The position numbers and the translations under genes are program-made. Shown piece by piece: positions 59,841-64,000 of a stretch of 64,000 nt of DNA (its first letter is position 1; the number at the start of each line of letters is the position of its first letter). A model generated the notes under the pieces. It did not search any database. It was not told where the DNA came from and saw only the letters and a program-made list of their open reading frames with translations. Where the stretch lies: positions 65,671 through 129,670 of the forward strand of contig PLZV01000022.1 in assembly GCA_003152315.1 (NCBI GenBank), in the 5' to 3' direction. The stretch comes from Verrucomicrobiota bacterium. Its GTDB lineage: Bacteria > Verrucomicrobiota > Verrucomicrobiia > Palsa-1439.

Positions 59841-61546
59841 TTTGGTCTTCGCACCCGAGCGGGCAGCGTGCAGCACATAATCGTCCCGCCTCCGCGGCAG
59901 GGGGCAAATTGAATCCGTGCGCCGATTGTGCGGGCGCGGCAATTCATGTTTTCGATACCCATTCCCCAGTCTTCGACGGAAACGTTGGACAACCCACGAC
60001 CGTTGTCGATAACGCTGAGGACAGTCCCCCGGCGTTTCCGGTGGAGGGAGACGCGGATCTCGGTGGCTTTCCCGTGAGTGATGCTATTGTGAATTGCCTC
60101 TTGCGTGATGCGGTAGAGATGGACGGCGGCGCCATGGTCCCGAATGCGGACACGGTGAGTGGATTCAAATCGGCAAGAAATGGAGAACATCGTCCCGATG
60201 GAAGACGCCAATTCCTCCAGTGCCGCGACCAGTCCCATGGTTCCCAGGTTCACCGGGTTGAGTCCGCGCGCGATCTGGCGTGCCTGCACGGCGGTCGCCC
60301 GCGACAGCTCGGCAATTCGCGCCGCCATGACCGCTTCCGCGGGGGATTGCTTCGCGAGCTTGCTGTGCAGGTTGCTGGCAATGTAAGCAATGCCAGCCAA
60401 CTGTTGGCACAGGCCATCATGCAAATCCCGCCCGATGCGCTGCTGTTCGCGTTCGCTAATTTCCAGCAACTGCCTCTCCGCGCGCCTCCGTCCCATCACC
60501 TGACCGATCTGGCTGCAGATGTCCTTGAGCAACTGCAGCAAATGTTTGTCAGGCGGCAACACGCGCCGGCTGAAAACGGTGATGACTCCAAGGACTTCCC
60601 GGTTCAATCGGATCGGGAACGCGAACACGGTTCGCAGGCCGTACTTGTCAGCCGCCCGCGTTCGGTGCGCGGCCGGCTGCTGGGAGATGTCGGCGATCCA
60701 GAGCGGCTTGTTGCTCGCCCAGACCGAACCGGGGATTCCTTCGCCGCGCGCAAAGCCCATGTCCCGCGTGGCCCGCTCGACTCGTGGCAGCCGTTGCGAC
60801 GCGGGATGCCAGGTCTGCGCACAGCGCAAGATGTTCGCCGCCGGATCGACAGTCCACAACTCGCCCCAGTCGCCACCCAGGTTTTCACAAATGGCCCGAA
60901 AAATCTTCGGACCGGCTTCGGTCAGAGTGTAGGATTCCGCCAGCGCCTGGGTAGTGGCTTGGTGCGCCCGCAACCGCTGCTGGGCGCGCCGCTTTTCGGT
61001 GACATCCTGAGCCAAGAGCAAAAACAGCCGCCTGCCTCGCAAGGGGATCACGGCTGCATCGATCTCGACGTCGATCAGGCTGCCGTCCTTTCGACGATGG
61101 CGAAAGACGTTGTCCTGCCCGTCAGTCGTGCCGCGTTGCGGCGAAGCCAATTCCTGGCAGAACGTTTTAAAACTTCCGAGGGACTCCGGCACGCTCAGGT
61201 CAGTCACCTTCATGCGGTGGAATTCGGATCGCGAGTACTTGTACTGGCGAACAGTCGCCTCATTCACGGCGAGAATGCGCAGCGTCTTGGCATCGCAGAC
61301 GAAGCGTGGTTGCGGAATCTTCACAAACAGCAGTCGATGCAGTTCCTCCGCTTCCCACAAGGTTTCGAGCGCCTCTTGAGTCCTGCTCAGAGCTTCGCCA
61401 ACCCACTCAAATCCTTGCTTTTCATCCAGGCGCTCGACACGCCCTCGATTCCTGCCAAAAGGAAGGATGGACGGGAGCTTCGGTTTCAATGCCGACACCG
61501 AGGCCGACCGCCTTGCATCCACTCGAATCAATTCGCCCGCCATCAC
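59837..61546 (-). CDS. Cytoplasmic PAS-GAF sensor histidine kinase (HisKA_3 type)
   Basis: PAS (AVNEA..QY.YSRSEF, HRRKDG), GAF (GEGIPG.VW), RIGRDLHDGLCQ, RITQEAIHN, DNGRG and GMG. Confidence 0.9.
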   Translation of the reverse strand: MMAGELIRVDARRSASVSALKPKLPSILPFGRNRGRVERLDEKQGFEWVGEALSRTQEALETLWEAEELHRLLFVKIPQPRFVCDAKTLRILAVNEATVRQYKYSRSEFHRMKVTDLSVPESLGSFKTFCQELASPQRGTTDGQDNVFRHRRKDGSLIDVEIDAAVIPLRGRRLFLLLAQDVTEKRRAQQRLRAHQATTQALAESYTLTEAGPKIFRAICENLGGDWGELWTVDPAANILRCAQTWHPASQRLPRVERATRDMGFARGEGIPGSVWASNKPLWIADISQQPAAHRTRAADKYGLRTVFAFPIRLNREVLGVITVFSRRVLPPDKHLLQLLKDICSQIGQVMGRRRAERQLLEISEREQQRIGRDLHDGLCQQLAGIAYIASNLHSKLAKQSPAEAVMAARIAELSRATAVQARQIARGLNPVNLGTMGLVAALEELASSIGTMFSISCRFESTHRVRIRDHGAAVHLYRITQEAIHNSITHGKATEIRVSLHRKRRGTVLSVIDNGRGLSNVSVEDWGMGIENMNCRARTIGARIQFAPCRGGGTIMCCTLPARVRRPK

Positions 61547-61884
61547 TTTTCTCCAAGTACGCCATTAGCCTACCTGAGGTTACGCAGTTTGCAAGCCTAA
61601 TACGGCCTATGTTAGCCTGTGTGGCAGTAACATATTGGCTTGGGAGGGAGCAAACATTATAAGGGTTTTGGCCCTATTAGACGTTTGTTTCCGGTTCAGA
61701 ATCAGGGAAATGCGGGGCTTTTACAGGACCCTGCGTGCGCCAGGACTGGGGACGCGAGAAAAACGAGTGGGAAGATGAAGAGGGGATTCTGGGAGTCTTC
61801 GTTGCCGCCGGGGCGATTCCGCCAGACCCTGAGACTCCTGCCGGGATTGCGAAGAATACCGGGCCTAGTACAGCAAGGCCCTTC

Positions 61885-62286
61885 TTATCGCTTCGGTTTC
61901 GGCTGGTGATTATTGCCCGGAGACGGTCCCTGCAGATCGCGCAGGGAGACGATTCCCACCAGGTGCTTCTGCCGATTCTGCACGGGCAAACGGCTGAGCT
62001 GCCACTTCTGCATCAGGTCGGCGGCTTCGTTGACGTTTTGGCCTTCGCGACCGCAAATGGCTGGAAACATCATTACCTCCCGCACCTGACTGGTTCGCGG
62101 GTCACACCCTTCGGCCGTCGCCCGCACGGTAAGGTCCCGCGCGGTCAATAAACCCACGATTCTCCGGCCTTCACAAACTGGGAGCACACTAACGTTGTGA
62201 ACGCTCATCTTGCGTGCCGCCTCGTGCAATAGGGTGTCGGGGGCGACCACCTCGACGCTTCTCTTCATGACGTTCTTAACTTGCAT
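61885..62286 (-). CDS. CBS-domain protein
   Basis: Two CBS repeats (LPV..IVGLLTARDL; RLPV..LVGIVSLRDL). Confidence 0.88.
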   Translation of the reverse strand: MQVKNVMKRSVEVVAPDTLLHEAARKMSVHNVSVLPVCEGRRIVGLLTARDLTVRATAEGCDPRTSQVREVMMFPAICGREGQNVNEAADLMQKWQLSRLPVQNRQKHLVGIVSLRDLQGPSPGNNHQPKPKR

Positions 62287-62539
62287 GATGCCTCGTCAGC
62301 CGATGGTCGCTGGCGACGCGAGCAACGAGGCGGCCCATCATGCCGCTACGCATCTTTATCCAGCTTGGCATGCGGCTACTCTATCCTGCCCATTCGGGTC
62401 GGCACAATAGCCACCGGGCCGATTTGTACATCGGACGAATTCCCATACGCTCTCAGCCGATCTCCGAGTAGAAAACCGTCCTCCTACCGATTGTGGAGGG
62501 GCCCGCCATTGGCGTAATAAAGGGAGCGTAAGAACACTC

Positions 62540-62863
62540 ATGAACAACGAGCCTACAGTAGTCGAAGAAAAGAAGGTCGGCCCAAGAATGACCGGGTCGG
62601 CCAGCCATCATCAGGCGGGAGGCGGTTGCCGCGTTGCGTTGCGCAACTCTTCCATTGATGAACATGAGTTTGTATTGAATGTGGTCGGATCAGGGGCATC
62701 AGCGGCGTTAGCGTCGGACTCTCCCCGTGCAATAAACTCGCTTCGTGACTTGTCGCTTCTCCAAGTGCAAGACACCCTCACCAAATTGCACAAACTCGCA
62801 CCGAGCTACCGCCAGTTGATGCCCCAACCACCCTCCTCGTCGCTCTTACCGACTTGGAATTGA
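62540..62863 (+). CDS. Hypothetical protein
   Basis: 107-aa ORF in an otherwise unoccupied gap with AGGGAG upstream; no recognisable motif. Confidence 0.25.
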   Translation: MNNEPTVVEEKKVGPRMTGSASHHQAGGGCRVALRNSSIDEHEFVLNVVGSGASAALASDSPRAINSLRDLSLLQVQDTLTKLHKLAPSYRQLMPQPPSSSLLPTWN

Positions 62864-63060
62864 GATCCATGAAACGCTTTCAACAATTCCCCAATGAATC
62901 AGCCAAAGTCGGGCAGATCCTGTTTTGGCTGTTTCCGTACGAACAGAGCACGTTTTGCCGTCGCTCGGCACGGGCACGCCGCGAAACCCGCGGTGCCGCC
63001 TATGTTCGCGCATATCAGGAGGCGCGCCAAATCAGTCGCGCCGGGGTCCGATAGACGCAA

Positions 63061-63311
63061 CCACGCGCAGGGGTAAGTCAAGGGAGCGCGTGGGGAGTCG
63101 TCAATCGACAGGGTGAACCTGATGTGAACACGGGCTGAAGCTGCCACCAAGGAAATCAGGGGGGTGGCAGCTCAAGCCGAAAAAAGATGTGCGTCGAGTC
63201 GTAAATCTGGAAGCTGCAGCTGGCGTCAGGGAAAAAAGGGATCGGCCAGCCGCAGCTTCAGAAACATAGGCCGGAACTGCCACTAGGGAAAAGGGAGTGG
63301 CAGCTTCAGTC
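63061..63311 (+). ncRNA. Candidate structured RNA: four tandem hairpins with shared purine-rich loops
   Basis: Stems at 63061-68/63086-93, 63139-48/63163-72, 63210-24/63245-59 and 63277-84/63296-303. Every loop contains two AGG(G/A) tracts. Strand is assumed. Confidence 0.5.
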
Positions 63312-63417
63312 GATAAAAATGAAAGTCTGTCGAGTCGTTCGTCGACAAGCGTAAACGGAAGCATCACGCCTAGACAAATGTCTCTTACGTTAGCCGGGGC
63401 TTTAAGGGTAATCGGGT

Positions 63418-64000
63418 ATGAAAACAGTTGTGCGGGGCCTCGTCGCCTTGGCCTTATTTATCGTCGGCAACGCCGCTCATGGTTTGACCTACACCGCAAC
63501 CAATAAGACGCTGAGTGCCTCGGCCACATTCGCCATCTCCGACCTGAAGCTGGTCATCACGCTATCGAATACCGCCACGAACGACCCGGACAAGAGCGCG
63601 GAAATCCTCACCGGGATCTTTTTCACGCTGGCCGGAGATCCGTCGCTTACTCCGGCTTCGGCATTTCTCGGCACTGACACGGCGATCAAAGTTCGTCCCG
63701 GAGTGAGCGGTCCCGGTATGAACGTTGGCGGCGAGTGGGCTTATCGCAACGATGTGACTGGCCTGCCGCATGGAGCCAACGAGGGCATCTCCAGTACAAC
63801 CCTGAACAAATTCAACCAGCACTTCCGTTTCCCCGGCCCAAACCTTCAGGGACCAGCCGCACCCAGCGGTGTGCAATACGGGGTCACGACGGATTTCGAT
63901 AACCTGGGCAATGACAAGAGTAGTATCAAGCATCAACAGCTCATCGAGAATACGGTCATCTTCACGCTGGGCGGATTACCCACAAATTTCACGCTCGCGG
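63418..64000 (+). CDS. Secreted surface protein resembling XDD4-type exosortase (PEP-CTERM)-dependent proteins; 3'-truncated
   Basis: Manual translation: MKTVVRGLVALALFIVGNAAHG-LTY..LSASATFAISDLKLVITLSNT..ILTGIFF..NVGGEWAY..GISS..FPGPNLQGP..VQYG..LIENTVIFTLGGLP. Open to the window end; absent from the ORF track. Confidence 0.75.
   Translation, partial: MKTVVRGLVALALFIVGNAAHGLTYTATNKTLSASATFAISDLKLVITLSNTATNDPDKSAEILTGIFFTLAGDPSLTPASAFLGTDTAIKVRPGVSGPGMNVGGEWAYRNDVTGLPHGANEGISSTTLNKFNQHFRFPGPNLQGPAAPSGVQYGVTTDFDNLGNDKSSIKHQQLIENTVIFTLGGLPTNFTLA

Noticed and set aside
59828..61600. 590-aa plus-strand ORF, and similar long antisense ORFs (e.g. 28824-29861, 46755-47696, 58755-59912)
   Set aside because: They lie antisense to well-supported genes and show no motifs; typical shadow ORFs of GC-rich coding DNA.
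62854..63054. 66-aa ORF upstream of the hairpin array
   Set aside because: Short, with no convincing RBS or recognisable family; cannot be supported.
63061..63311. Hairpin array as a CRISPR array or tandem terminators
   Set aside because: Repeats are not identical, spacing is irregular, no cas genes are present, and no U-tract follows the stems on either strand.

Overview
GC-rich bacterial DNA; the pilin and repeat styles suggest Verrucomicrobiota/PVC (inference only). About 49 kb (937-50035) is a 45-gene, entirely minus-strand surface-polysaccharide locus. In transcription order it encodes an outer-membrane beta-barrel, Wza- and Wzc-like export proteins, a NusG paralogue, a TagB/F-like plus IspD/TarI-like pair, an unusual CDP-sugar/C-methyltransferase/DUF4910 module, three tandem GT34-like paralogues, Wzm/Wzt AND a Wzy-like polymerase (no Wzx seen), about 17 glycosyltransferases in total, tailoring enzymes (carbamoyl-, amido-, methyl-, acyltransferases, deacetylases), gmd/fcl and a WecA-like fusion protein. 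Beyond it lie mtnP, a type IV pilin-like gene with a sigma54-like promoter, an nfeD-nfeD-floA operon, an orphan pstS-like gene and a TPR protein. Next come an SRAP gene remnant followed by a mosaic of REP-like palindromes, a PAS-GAF/NarL two-component pair, a CBS protein, and a truncated XDD4-like surface protein absent from the ORF track. The most unusual non-coding signal is an array of four hairpins (63061-63311) with different stems but a shared purine-rich AGG(G/A)...AGGG loop, a candidate undescribed structured RNA. All assignments come from motif recognition by eye; no database searches were run.
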